From: Octopus sinensis
Taxonomy: Eukaryota
Direction of reading: 5' to 3'
Assembly: GCF_006345805.1 (NCBI RefSeq)
Contig: NW_021834850.1
Span: 1 to 45,415, forward strand
Length of the DNA stretch: 45,415 nucleotides
Shown: positions 10,817 through 23,498 of the stretch, piece by piece
Layout of the letters: each line of letters opens with the position of its first letter
How positions within the stretch are numbered: the first letter of the stretch is position 1
The notes under the pieces: model-generated
Databases searched by the model: none
The model's input: only the letters and a program-made list of their open reading frames with translations
What the model was told of the DNA's origin: nothing
Translations under genes and position numbers: made by a program

Positions 10817-11052
10817 AGTCATACTGAACAATGATATTCTGAATGCATTTAATATGCATGTTTCAGATCATTATGCAATAGATAAAAAAGAGGAATTCAT
10901 CTGTTACAATATCTTCCTCAGTGAAGACATTTTAAGGAAGATACTGTGTAAGAGATGAATTCTTTTTTTTGTTTTTCATTTATATATGTTACACAATAAT
11001 CTGAAACATGCATATTAAATGCATTGAAAATATCATTGCATGATTTGACTTT
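10817..11052. repeat. ~235-bp fold-back (long imperfect palindrome)
   Basis: Perfect 27-bp IR AATGCATTTAATATGCATGTTTCAGAT (from 10843) with its reverse complement at ~10999-11025; inner stem 10887-10918 with 10935-10967; 16-nt loop. Confidence 0.85.
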
Positions 11053-11063
11053 GTTATTATACA

Positions 11064-11270
11064 TAGGCTCAGGAATGGCTGTGTGGTAAGAAGCTTGTCA
11101 AGTGGTTGGTGTTAGAAAGGGCATCCAGCCATAGAAACCGTGTCATGGCTAACACCAGAGCTCAATGCAGCCCTGCAGATTGCCATATCATATCAAACCA
11201 TCTTACCGATGCCAGCATGGAAAATGGACGTCAAACAATGATGGTGATGATGATGGTGATGATGGTGATG
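11064..11270 (+). mobile_element. Chimeric SINE: family B head joined to family D (RTE-like) tail
   Basis: GGCTCAGGAATGGCTGTGTGGTAAGAAGCTTG followed directly by GTGGTTGGTGTTAGAAAGGGCATCCAGCC...GGAAAATGGACGTCAAAC(GAT)n. Confidence 0.6.
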
Positions 11271-11357
11271 AAACAAAGTGATTACACCTGTAGCTATACT
11301 ATATTATGGTGAGAGAAGACTGACGGTGTCACCTTCACGCTACAGGTATGTATTTAA

Positions 11358-11590
11358 GGCGGCGAGCTGGCAGAAACGTTAGCACGTCGGGCGAAATGCT
11401 TAGCGGTATTTCATCTGCCGTTACGTTGTGAGTTCAAATTCCGCCAAGGTCGACTTTACCTTTCATCCTTTCGGGGTCGATAAATTAAGTACCAGTTACA
11501 CACTGGGGTCGAGGTAATCGACTTAACACCTATGTCTGTCCTTGTTTGTCCCCTCTATGTTTAGCCCCTTGTGGGTAATAAAGAAATAGG
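11358..11590 (+). mobile_element. SINE-A full-length monomer with 14-bp TSD
   Basis: AGGTATGTATTTAA at 11344-11357 and 11588-11601. Confidence 0.92.
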
Positions 11591-11639
11591 TATGTATTTA
11601 ACATGCATTTGTGAAGTAGAGATCAAAGGAAGTGATTCT

Positions 11640-12170
11640 CAGTTTGTATTAGTGCATCAAGAAGTGACACAGGTATGTTATGCATCAAGAACTGATACAG
11701 GTATGTTATGCATCAAGAAGTGACACAGGTATGTCATGCATCATGAATTTATGAAAGGCATTATAAGTATTTACAGATGTGTCATGTAACTATCTGGTGT
11801 TTTGTCAAATTATACAGGAGTGTCAAGAGTTTATACAGGTGTGTTGTTAATTTATATAGGTGTGCCATAAAATTATAAAGATGTGTCATTAATTTATATA
11901 GGTGTGTCATGAAATTTTACATATATATCATGTAATCATATAGGTATGTCATTAGCTTGTATAGGTAACAAAATTACATAGATGCAGTATGCAATTATAC
12001 AGTTATGTTATGAACTATCATACAGGTGCATCATGAAATTTATATAGGTGTTTTGTGAATTATTTTATGGTACCTCTATATAATTTTATGTTACACCTAT
12101 ATAATTTTACAACAACTGTATAGTTTCGTGACACACCTGTGTAAATTGGCCACACCTTTGTATAAATTTT
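11640..12170. repeat. Degenerate ~28-bp minisatellite
   Basis: AAGAAGTGACACAGGTATGTTATGCATC three times, decaying into ...ATAGGTGTGTCATGAAATTT... variants. Confidence 0.7.
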
Positions 12171-12299
12171 TCAACATATAGGCGCAGGAGTGGCTGTGTG
12201 GTAAGTAGCTTGCTAACCAACCACATGGCTATAGTAGAAGACACTTGCTCAAGATTATTTACATTTGATGGATATTTGTCCTCATCTTGTTTGTTGTTA

Positions 12300-12345
12300 A
12301 CACAACGTTTCGGCTGATATACCCTCCAGCCTTCATCAGGTGTCT
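12300..12345 (-). ncRNA. Second, identical hammerhead motif in the inverted arm
   Basis: Exact reverse complement of 12580-12625. Confidence 0.7.
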
Positions 12346-12476
12346 TGGGGAAATTTCGAACCTGTGTTCTCATTTCTAAGGTATTTTTCAATGTTGTTAT
12401 TATTATTATTATTATTCATATGCCCACGAGCATGGGCTACTAACCCCATGATTCCGAGTTCGATTCCAGGCAGTGA

Positions 12477-12527
<51 letters not shown>

Positions 12528-12579
12528 CAACATCGAAAAATACCTTAGGAATGAGAACCCAGGTTCGAAATTTCCCCAA

Positions 12580-12625
12580 GACACCTGATGAAGGCTGGAG
12601 GGTATATCAGCCGAAACGTTGTGTT
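12580..12625 (+). ncRNA. Minimal type I hammerhead ribozyme motif
   Basis: GACAC-CTGATGA-A-GGCTG gagggtatat CAGCC-GAAA-CGTT-GTGTT: stem I 5 bp, stem II 5 bp, palindromic stem III AACGUU, GUU triplet, one extra A after A9. Confidence 0.7.
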
Positions 12626-13018
12626 AACAACAAACAAGATGAGGACAAATATCTGTCAAATGTAAATAATGTAATTAATGTTCATAATTCCTCATCTCTT
12701 AAATATAGAACTGTACTTGCTCAAGATGCCATGCAGTGGGACTGAACCCGGAACCATGTGGTTGGGAAGCTTAATTCTTAACCACTGTGCACAAATGATG
12801 TATGTGGAAATAAGGATAATATTTTGTAATGTGTCCTTCATCTATGATGATGATAGGATGTTATTAAGAAAAATATAGCTGCTATTTCTACCTTGCATCC
12901 AAGCGTTATTCTTACTCTTTAGCCCTAGGTCAGACCTGACTGAGCAACCTTATGAACAAAGGCATTCCAGCCATGATCATGCTATCTTAGTTGTGATATG
13001 TCACAACTTGTAAATTAA

Positions 13019-13250
13019 GGCGGCTTGCTGGCAGAATCGTTAGCACGCCGGGTGAAATGCGTAGCCGTATTTTGTCCGTCTTTACGTTCTGAGTTCAAAT
13101 TCCGCCGGGGACGACTTTGCCTTTCATCCTTTCGGGGTCGATTAAATAAGTACCAGTTACGCACTGGGGTCGATATAATCGACTTAATCCGTTTGTCTGT
13201 CCTTGTTTGTCCTCTCTGTGTTTAGCCCCTTGTGGGTAGTAAAGAAATAA
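13019..13250 (+). mobile_element. SINE-A full length
   Basis: Consensus head, B-box and tail. Confidence 0.9.
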
Positions 13251-13536
13251 GTACTTAACATGTCCTTCACTTTGCCCATGACAATAAGGTATTGAATGAA
13301 TTTAGCTGTTATCTCTAGCAGCTTGAAATACCACACAGAAACCTCACACCCTTTATGTGGTGTTTATATATACATGTGTGCATATATGTGTATATACACT
13401 TGTATGTATGTGTGTAAGCAAGTGTGTGTAAGCAAAAACCCCAGATAGCAGAGCTGTACAAACAAGGAATGTTAACATCCGAGTGTGTGTGTGTGTATGT
13501 ATGTGCTTGTAGATGAGTATATAAATGGTTATACAA

Positions 13537-13588
<52 letters not shown>

Positions 13589-13860
13589 AAGCCTTACAAA
13601 ACATGATATCTTAGAGTAAGAGTAATATCAACATCAGTGACTACATGCATGTGTGTGTTTATATATGTGTATATATGCGGGTGTCTGTGAATGCACTTAG
13701 GCATAAAGACGCACGTATATATACAGATATGTGTGTACACATGTGTGTATATACACAATATAGTACGTGCAATGTCAGACATAATGGGAATGTTATGTCA
13801 GTTTATACATGTGCATCTGTGTTTATATTTGGTAATGTATACACACACACACATATATGT

Positions 13861-13891
<31 letters not shown>

Positions 13892-13989
13892 GTGTATATA
13901 GATGTATATACACACATGAGATCAGCAATAAAGGAAATGTTATATCAGCGTGCATGCATGTTCAAACATGTTTGTACATGCATGTGTAT

Positions 13990-15414
13990 ATATACAGGGA
14001 TACAGACATGTGTGCATTTATATATACATGCGTGTCTGTGTGTATATGTGTATGTATGCACGTATATATATATATGTGTGTGTGGGTGTATGTTAATATA
14101 CATATGTGCGTGTACATACGGTTGCGTGTATATACAAGCACATATTTTGTATATGTATGTATATCCATGTGTGTGTGTGTGTATATATGTGTGTGTGTGT
14201 TTATATATGTATATGAGTGTGTAAGTTTGCATATATATACATGCGTATCTGTGTGTATATGTGTATGTATGCATGTATATATATATAACTGTGTGTGTGT
14301 ATGTATGTTAATATACATATGTGCGTGTATATATGGTAACGTGTATATACAAGCATATATTTTTGTATATGTATGTATATCCATGTGTGTGTGTATATAT
14401 GTGTGTGTGTGTTTATATATGTATATGAGTGTGTAAGTTTGCACATATATACATGAGTATCTGTGTGTATAAGTGTATGTATGCATGTATATATATATAA
14501 CTGTGTGTGTGTATGTATGTTAATATACATATGTGCATGTATATATGGTAACGTGTATATACAAGCATATATTTTGTATATGTATGTATATCCATGTGTG
14601 TGTGTACGTTTATTTATATATGTGTGTGTGTGTGTATGTGTGTGTGTTTATATATGTATGAGTGTGTGTATTTGTGTATGTATGTGTGCATGTATGTTTA
14701 TATGTATATATATATGTGTGTGTGTGTGTATGTTAATATACATATGTGCGTGCATATACGGTTGCGTGTATATACAAGCATATATTTTGTATATGTATGT
14801 ATATCCATGTGTGTGTGTACGTTTATTTATGTGTGTGTGTGTGTTTATATATGTATATGAGTGTGCGTATTTGTGTATGTATTTGTGTATGTATGTGTGT
14901 ATGTATATATATGTATATATATGTGTGTGTGTGTATGTTAATATACATATGCGCATGTATATATGGTAACGTGTATATACAAGTATATATTTTGTATATG
15001 TATGTATATCCATGTGTGTGTGTATGCTTATTTATATGTGTGTGTGTGTTTATATATGTATATGAGTGTGTGTATTTGTGTATGTATTTGTGTATGTATG
15101 TTTATATGTATATATATATGTGTGTGTGTGTCTATGTTAATATACATATGTGCGTGTATATATGGTTGCATGTATATACAAGCATATATTTTGTATATGT
15201 ATGTATATCCATGTGTGTGTGTGTGTGTGTGTGTGTGTTTATATATGTATATGAGTGTGTGTATTTGTGTATGTATGTTTATATATATATATATGTGTGT
15301 GTGTGTATGTTAATATACATATGTGCGTGCATATACGGTTGCGTGTATATACAAGCATATATTTTGTATATGTATGTATATCCATGTGTGTGTGTGTGTA
15401 TGTGTGCGTGTGTT

Positions 15415-15452
<38 letters not shown>

Positions 15453-15530
15453 TGTGTGTGTGTGCATGTGTATTCATTTGTAAATGTATATGCGTGTATA
15501 TCTGTGTGTGCGTGTGTGTGTGCGTTTGCA
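13990..15530. repeat. Higher-order (TG/TA) minisatellite, unit ~170-215 bp, 7 copies
   Basis: Anchor GTTAATATACATATG near 14092, 14307, 14520, 14732, 14938, 15136 and 15309. Confidence 0.85.
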
Positions 15531-15689
15531 TATATAAGGAAGCATATCCTTTGAGTATGTGGGTGTATCTGTGTGTGTGTGTGTGTGTGTGTGAATGTGA
15601 GAAGCCCCAATAGGTATGGGATCCCTGCTAAATATTTAAAGATTGTGGCAGTTAGAAGGGAGGAAAAGATGGATGGGTGGGTGGGTGGT

Positions 15690-15902
15690 GTATGGTGTAC
15701 AGTGACGGCAGTGGAGGAAGTGGTGGCGACGGTGGTGGTGGTGGTGATGGAGGTGGTGCTAGTGGCAGCAAATGGTGTATGGTGCAAAGTAGTTGTGTAC
15801 TGAGTGTGTTGTTACTGATGGTTAGTGCTGGGGGTGGGAGTCACGATGGGGGGGGAAGCGTGGTAGGGGTGGGGTTGGGGATGGGGGTGGAAATGTTGGC
15901 AG

Positions 15903-15936
<34 letters not shown>

Positions 15937-16467
15937 GGTGGTGGTGGTGCGTGTGTGACGGAACTGGTGATAATGGCGGTGGTTGTGGTGGTGGTGGTGT
16001 GGTGGTGGTGGTGGCGATGATGGTAGACATGTAACACGTCATCAATATCTGATGTATGTCGCCATCATCATCATCATCAACATCATCATTGTCATCATCA
16101 TCATCAACATCATCAACATCATTATCATCATCATCGTTGTCATCATCAACATCATTATCATCATCATCGTTGTCATCATCATCATCATCATCAACATCAT
16201 CAACATCATTATCATCATCATCGTTGTCATCATCAACATCATTATTATCATCATCATCAACACTTAAGAAAGCATCCATTGCCTTTATAACCATCATCAT
16301 CAACAACAACAATAGCATGTCAGTGTCATCATCCTCATCATCATCATCATCAATAATGACACTCAAGTCAGACTTGCCCCAGTATCATCACCATCACCAT
16401 AATGACCATCATCATCATCATCATCAACAGCCTCTGTTGGTACTGCTATTGTCATTGTTGTCATCAT

Positions 16468-16499
<32 letters not shown>

Positions 16500-17734
16500 C
16501 CATCAAGAGCAGCCACAGCAGCATCGACAACAAACACCTAAGCCAACATTGTCACAACATAACCATCACCATCATCATCATCATCATGAGCAACAGTAAC
16601 ATCTGTCAAGGCTATTGTCATCATCGTCGCCACCACCACCACCACCACCACCATCATCATCAGTATCCTCAATATCAAGAACAGCTCAGTCGGCATTGCT
16701 ATTTTTATCCATCTTCATCATCATCATCATCATCATCATCATAATAGTCATCATCGCCATACTCATCATCATCATCATCATCATAGTCATCATCGCCATA
16801 CTCATCATCATCATCATCATCATAATAGTCATCGTTGTCATCATCGCCATAGTCATCATCATCATCATCATCATCATAGTCATCATCGCCATACTCATCA
16901 TCATCATCATCATAATAGTCATCGTTGTCATCATCATCATCATAGTCATCATCGCCATACTCATCATCATCATCATCATCATCATAGTCATCATCGCCAT
17001 ACTCATCATCATCATCATCATAATAGTCATCGTTGTCATCATCATCATCATAGTCATCATCGCCATACTCATCATCATCATCATCATCATAATAGTCATC
17101 GTTGTCATCATCGCCATAGTCATCATCATCATCATCATCATCATAGTCATCATCGCCATACTCATCATCATCATAATAGTCATCGTTGTCATCATCGCCA
17201 TAGTCATCATCATCATAATAGTCATCGTTGTCATCATCGCCATAGTCATCATCATCATAATAGTCATCGTTGTCATCATCGCCATAGTCATCATCATCAT
17301 CATCATCATCATAGTCATCATCGCCATACTCATCATCATCATAATAGTCATCGTTGTCATCATCGCCATAGTCATCATCATCATCATCATCATCATAGTC
17401 ATCATCGCCATAGTCATCATCATCATAATAGTCATCGTTGTCATCATCGCCATAGTCATCATCATCATAATAGTCATCGTTGTCATCATCGCCATACTCA
17501 TCATCATCATAATAGTCATCGTTGTCATCATCGCCATAGTCATCATCATCATAATAGTCATCGTTGTCATCATCGCCATACTCATCATCATCATAATAGT
17601 CATCGTTGTCATCATCGCCATAGTCATCATCATCATCATCATCATCATAGTCATCATCGCCATACTCATCATCATCATAATAGTCATCGTTGTCATCATC
17701 GCCATAGTCATCATCATCATCATCATCGCCATAG

Positions 17735-17772
<38 letters not shown>

Positions 17773-18240
17773 GTCATCCTCATTGCAGTTACCATCATCG
17801 CTGTAATAACATTAGTAGCAGTGGAAGTTGTAGTCGTCAGCCTCATATAAACATCGCCGTCGTCGTCATCACGGACATCTATGGCGATGTCAACATAAAC
17901 ATTATTAGCATTAGCTCAGAAGTAGTGGTAGTAGTAGTAGCAGCAGAAGTAGTAGTCGTTGTAATAGTAGTTGTAGTAGTAGTAGTAGCTGTGGTGGTGG
18001 TAGTAGTAGTAGTAGTAGCTGTGGTGGTGGTGGTAGCAGTAGTAGTAGTAGTAGCTGTGGTGGTGGTGGTGGTGGTGGTGGTAGTAGTAGTAGTAATAGT
18101 AGTAGTAGCAGCAAGTCATAGTAGTAGTGGTGGTGGTGGTGGTGATAGTGGTGATGGTGGTGGTGGCAGATGCAGCAGTCGGGGTAGTAGTAGTAAACAT
18201 CATCATCATCATCGTCATCATCACCACCACCACCACCAGC
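15690..18240. repeat. Trinucleotide field (GGT, GAT/CAT, TAG), including a (CAT)-based higher-order array at ~16715-17775
   Basis: Direct reading; poly-I/M/H/V ORFs are artefacts. Confidence 0.95.
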
Positions 18241-19316
18241 ACCACACCCAACCAGACCAGCCCCACTACTCGCACTACTGCCCAACTCAACAAAGGAGCC
18301 TCTGTGTGGTTGCGCAACACCATCAGAAATAGCAGCCGATCCTCCCTCAAATCACCACATGCTTCCACTGTCTCAGGAAAAGCGAAAAGAAAAACAGCTA
18401 CATCGGATAATGTGGTCTCGGGTTCACTTGCACCTAAGAAAAAGGCAGGGTGGTCACAACTAGAATGACTATGATCATAGGTCTACAAGGTTAGGATTGA
18501 CCTGACCTGTGGTTAAACAAAAATAACAATAATATTGATAATATCAACATGACTACCACCGTCATTACATCATCATCATCAACAACATGGTGGAGACATG
18601 GTTGGCTAGAAATAGCAGCCAAATCTCTCCGTTCTCCCATAAGGAAGGACACACTGGACAATATGCATGGTGGGGTGCGGCAGGTTACACGATGTCCAAA
18701 ATGAAAGAATGTTGTGGGATGGTCGCAGGCGGAATGGGATGACATAATAGGAATGAAATGAATTTGGTTGTTAATGAATGCCTGCTTGATCAGAGTCGAC
18801 CTGGGGCTAAAAGAAACATCAACAACAACCACAACAATAACATGACCACTGACAATGACACCACCACCACCACCACCGCCACAACAGCTACTATTACTAC
18901 AACAATAATCTTTTCTGATTTAGGCCCATGTTACTTTAGTTTATCGACCCAGGAGGAATGAATGGAAACGTTTCAACAGGAATGCAAACAGATGAAAGAG
19001 ATACCACAATCGAAATTTGGTCCGATGCTCTAATGACCTTATAAAAATAATAATAATAATAATAATAAATAATAATAATGATGATGATGATGATGATGAT
19101 GATCCTTTTTACTGGAAGCACAAGGCCTCGAATTTAGGGGAAGGGATTAAGTCGATTACATCGACCCCAGTGCGTAACTGGTACCAATTTATTGACCCCG
19201 GAAGGATGAAAGGCAAGGTCGTCCCCGGCGGAATTTGAACTCACAACGTAAAAGCAGGCGAAATGCCGCAAAGCATTTTGCCTGGCGTGCTAACAATTCT
19301 GCCAGCTAACCACCTG

Positions 19317-19378
<62 letters not shown>

Positions 19379-19821
19379 TAATAATAATAATAATAATAAT
19401 GATAATGGCCTCAAGTTTTGTCACAACAGCAGCAATTTAGAGGGAGGGGATGAGTTGATTACATCGACCCTAGTGTTCAACTGGTACTTATTTTAATGAC
19501 CCCAAAAGGATGGAAAGGCAGAGTTGACCTCAGTGGAATTTGAACTCAGAACATATAAGCAGAAGAAATACCTATTTCTTCACTACCCAAAAGGGGCTAA
19601 ACACAGAGGAGACGAACAAGGACAGACAAACAGATTAAGTCAATTATATCGACCCCAGTGCGTAACTGGTACTTATTTAATTGACCCCGAAAGGATGTAA
19701 GGCAAAGTCGACCTCGGCAGAATTTGAACTCAGAACGTAACGGCAGAAGAAATACCGCTAAGCATTTCACCCGGCACGCTAAAGATTCTGCCAGCTCGCC
19801 CCCTTAATAAAAATAATAATG

Positions 19822-19926
<105 letters not shown>

Positions 19927-20371
19927 TAATAATAATAATCCTTTCTACAGACATGGAATTTTTAGGGGAGAGTTTAGTTGATTTTATTGACCCCTAAGGA
20001 CTTGAACCAGCACACACTGACCTTGGAAGGATGAAAGGCGAAGTCAACCTCAGTAGAATTTGAACTTAGAACATAAAGAAGAATAAAACGCCACTAAGCA
20101 TTTATCAGAGTCTGGCCATGTTGTGGCATCACTTTGTGCCAGCTTGCCACCTTTATAATAATCAGAATTCTTTCTAATCTTGGCACAAAGTCAGTAAATT
20201 TGAGAGGAAGGGGATAGTTCAAATTCCACCGAGGTCACCCCAACAGGATTTTGTTGACTCCAGAGAGATGAAAGTCAAAGTCGACCTCGGTAGGATTTGA
20301 ACTCAGAACATAAAGACAGATGAAATGCCACTAAGAATTTTGCTTGATGTGCTAACAATTCTGACACCACC

Positions 20372-20408
<37 letters not shown>

Positions 20409-20410
20409 TA

Positions 20411-20964
20411 AATGCCCTGCACCAGGCAGTGGCCCTCATGTCTTCTGATCTTAACTGGTTGGAAGTGTTATCATGTACGTTGTTTTGTCTTAGTATTAAA
20501 AGATGGGCTAAAGCAAATATTCTGCTCAATACCACAGATTTGCTTGTCAGTTGTTTCACCTTAACTAGTTGAGCATGTCCCTTAGTGGCTGATGATATGT
20601 GCATCTCTGATCACGAGTAGAAGTAGTGGGGAAGCATCATAGCCATGTGTTGAGAGGAATTCTTTGGGGTTTGAATAATTCACCTCTGGAAACATGGGCA
20701 TTTTGTTCAACATCCTTAAACAACCCTTATTCAGGAATCTTTCAAGTGGGATAGACTACTCGACCTGAAGAAAATTTTAAGTGGGCCCCACTTGCAAGGT
20801 CATGCGCTGCTTATCTTGATATGAGGTCACCATGTCACGTACATATGGTTGTGATGCATGTGCCTGGTGTACCCTTATCAGATGGGTAGTCATGATGGGT
20901 ATAATGGGCTTCGTATATTTTACCCCAGTGTCACTTTGATGGCATGCACTGCTCTCTGACTCAA
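20411..20964 (+). mobile_element. Retroposon family L with (AAT)n tail; 3' part repeated at 21359-21630
   Basis: The two copies share ...GGGTAGTCATGATGGGTATA...GGCATGCACTGCTCTCT..CTCAATAAT. Confidence 0.7.
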
Positions 20965-21322
20965 TAATACTAATAATTATAATAATATTTTCTACCAAAG
21001 GCATAAGGTCTGAAATTTAGGGGAAACGAGCTAGTTGATTACATCGACCCCAGTACATAACTGGTACTTATTTCATTGACCCCAAAAGGATAAATGGCAA
21101 AACCAGCCTCAGTGGAATTTCAACAGACAAAACTACTGCTAAGCATTTCACTCAGCATGCTATTCAAATTTTGGCACAAGGCCAGTGGTATTTATTTTAG
21201 CGACCCCAAAAGGATGAAAGGCAAAGTCGACCTCAGCAGGATTTGAACTCAGAACAAGAAGTTAGATGAAATGCTACGAAGCATTTCGCTTGGCATGCAA
21301 ACGGTTCTGCCAGCTCACCACC

Positions 21323-21359
<37 letters not shown>

Positions 21360-22356
21360 CATGGGTGCTTCGTTCAACATCCTAAAGCAACCCTTATTCA
21401 GGGACCTTTTGAGCAGGATGGGCTACTCGACCAGAAGAAAATTCTAACTGGGCCCCACCTGCAAGGTCATGTGCTGTTTATCTTGATATGAGATCACCAT
21501 GTCACGCACATATGGTTGTGGTGCATGTGCCTGGTGTACCCTTATCAGACGGGTAGTCATGATGGGTATACAGGGCTTTGTATATTTTACCCCAGTGTCA
21601 CTTTGATGGCATGCACTGCTCTCTCACTCAATAATAATAATAATAATAATGATGATTTCAAATTTTTGCCACAAGGGCAGCTTGGGGGAGGGGATCGAGT
21701 CAATTACATCGACCCCAGTGCGTAACTGGTACTTATTTAATCGACCCTGAAAAGATGAAAGGCAAAGTCGACCTCAGCTGAATTTGAACACAGAACGTAG
21801 CGGCAGAGGAAATACCGCTGGGCATGTCACCACCTTAATAATAATAATAATATAATAATAATAATAAACCTTTCTACAGAAGAGACAATGCCTGAAATTT
21901 TGGGGGAGAGGAATAGTCAATTACATCGACCCCAGTGTTTCACTGGTACTTAATTTATCAACCCCGAGAGGATGAAAGGCAAAGTCAACCTCGGTAGAAT
22001 TTGAACTCAGAATGTACAGATAGATCAAACGACATAAAGCATTTAGTCCAAGTACAAAGTCCGCAATTTTAGAGGAAGCGGGTGGCTGATTATGTTGACG
22101 CATGCTTGACCGGAACTTATTTTATCAACCTGGAAAGAATGAAAGGCTAAGTTGACCTCGGCAGACTTTGAACTCAGATCATAAGGAGTCAGAAGAAATA
22201 CAGCTCAGCATTTTGTCCAACATACTGACAACTGTGTCAGCTTGTCCCCTTAATAATAATAATAATCCTTTCTACTATAGGTACAAGGCCTGAAATTTCA
22301 GGGGAGGGGGGTCAGTCGATTACATTGACCCCCCCCCCAGAGTTTTACTGGTACTT

Positions 22357-22590
22357 ATAGTAATCCTTCAGCTATCGTGGGTGTTACATTCGAAAACCTC
22401 CCACAGAAATAATTAAAATCTAAAAAAATGTAAATACCTATTGGCCACAAAAAAACCCCGCAATATACTGAGGAGTCTGCGATATAAATTTACATATATT
22501 AACCAGAAAAATCCACGATGTATTGAGGGGGCGATAGGTGAACCGCGATGTACTGAGGGCGCGATAGGTGAACCATGATATGGCAAGCCA
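22357..22590. mobile_element. Tigger/pogo-like MITE remnant
   Basis: TA-TAGTAATCCTTCAGCTATCGTGGG at the left; GCGATAGGTGAACCGCGATGTACTGAGGG subterminal motif duplicated at the right; superfamily assigned from recall. Confidence 0.4.
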
Positions 22591-22857
22591 GAAAGAATGA
22601 AAGGCAAAGTCAACATTGGTGGAATAATAAAAATGATTATCCTTTCCACTTACTTATAGGTACTAGGGCTGAAACTGTGGAGACAGGGGTTAGTTGATTA
22701 TATCGATCCCCAGTGCTAACTGATAATTGTTTCATCGATCCCAAAAGGAGGAAATGCAAAGTCAACCTCGGAGCAATTTGAACTCAGAACGTAACGACGG
22801 ATGAAATACTGCTAAGCATTTCGTCCAGTGTGCTAACGATTCTGCCAGCTCACTGCC

Positions 22858-22907
<50 letters not shown>

Positions 22908-23152
22908 TTATTTCTTTATTGCTCACAGGGGGCTAAACATAGAGGGGGACAAACAAGGACAGACAAAGGGTTTTTAAGTCGATTACATCGACCCCAGTGC
23001 ATAGCTGGTACTTATTTAATCGACCCCCAAAAGGATGAAAGGCAAAGTCGACCTCGGTGGAATTTGAACTCAGAATGTAATGGTAGACGAAATACAGCTA
23101 AGCATTTTGCCCAGTGTGCTAACGATTCTACCAGTTCGCCACTCTAATAATG

Positions 23153-23190
<38 letters not shown>

Positions 23191-23498
23191 AATCTTTTCT
23201 GCTCTAGGCACAAGGCCTGAAATTTTGGGGGAAGGGAGTTAGTTTATTTAGATCAATCCCTAGTACGCAACTGGTACTTAATTTAACAACCCCAAAAGGT
23301 TGAAAGGTAAAGTCGAACTCATTGGGATTTGAACTCAGAACGTGAAGACAGATGAAATACCATTAAGCATTTCGCCTATCTACAGGAAGCACAAGGCCTC
23401 AAATTTGGGGGAAGGGATTAAGTCGACTACATCGACCCCCAGTGTGTAACTGGTACTTATTCAATCGACTCTGAAAGGATGAAAGGCAAAGTCGATAC

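Larger units (their letters stand above)
12256..12714 (+). mobile_element. tRNA-headed element with Penelope-type hammerhead tail and 5' inverted arm, inserted in a SINE-B
   Basis: 13-bp TSD ACTTGCTCAAGAT (12243-12255, 12715-12727); ~155-bp inverted arms; B-box GAGTTCGATTCC at 12456-12467; (AAT)n spacer. Confidence 0.85.

Noticed and set aside
10867-10947. Plus-strand exon candidate DHYAIDKKEEFICYNIFLSEDILRKIL
   Set aside because: Good-looking splice sites, but it lies wholly within the fold-back palindrome, which explains the sequence.
12415-12480. tRNA gene
   Set aside because: Only the anticodon and T-arm-like half is present; no D-arm, A-box or acceptor stem. It is a SINE head. The same applies to the heads of families A, B and C.
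13645-18468. Long ORFs (263, 245, 411, 386 aa and others)
   Set aside because: Translations of di- and trinucleotide repeats; no domain-like content or splice evidence.
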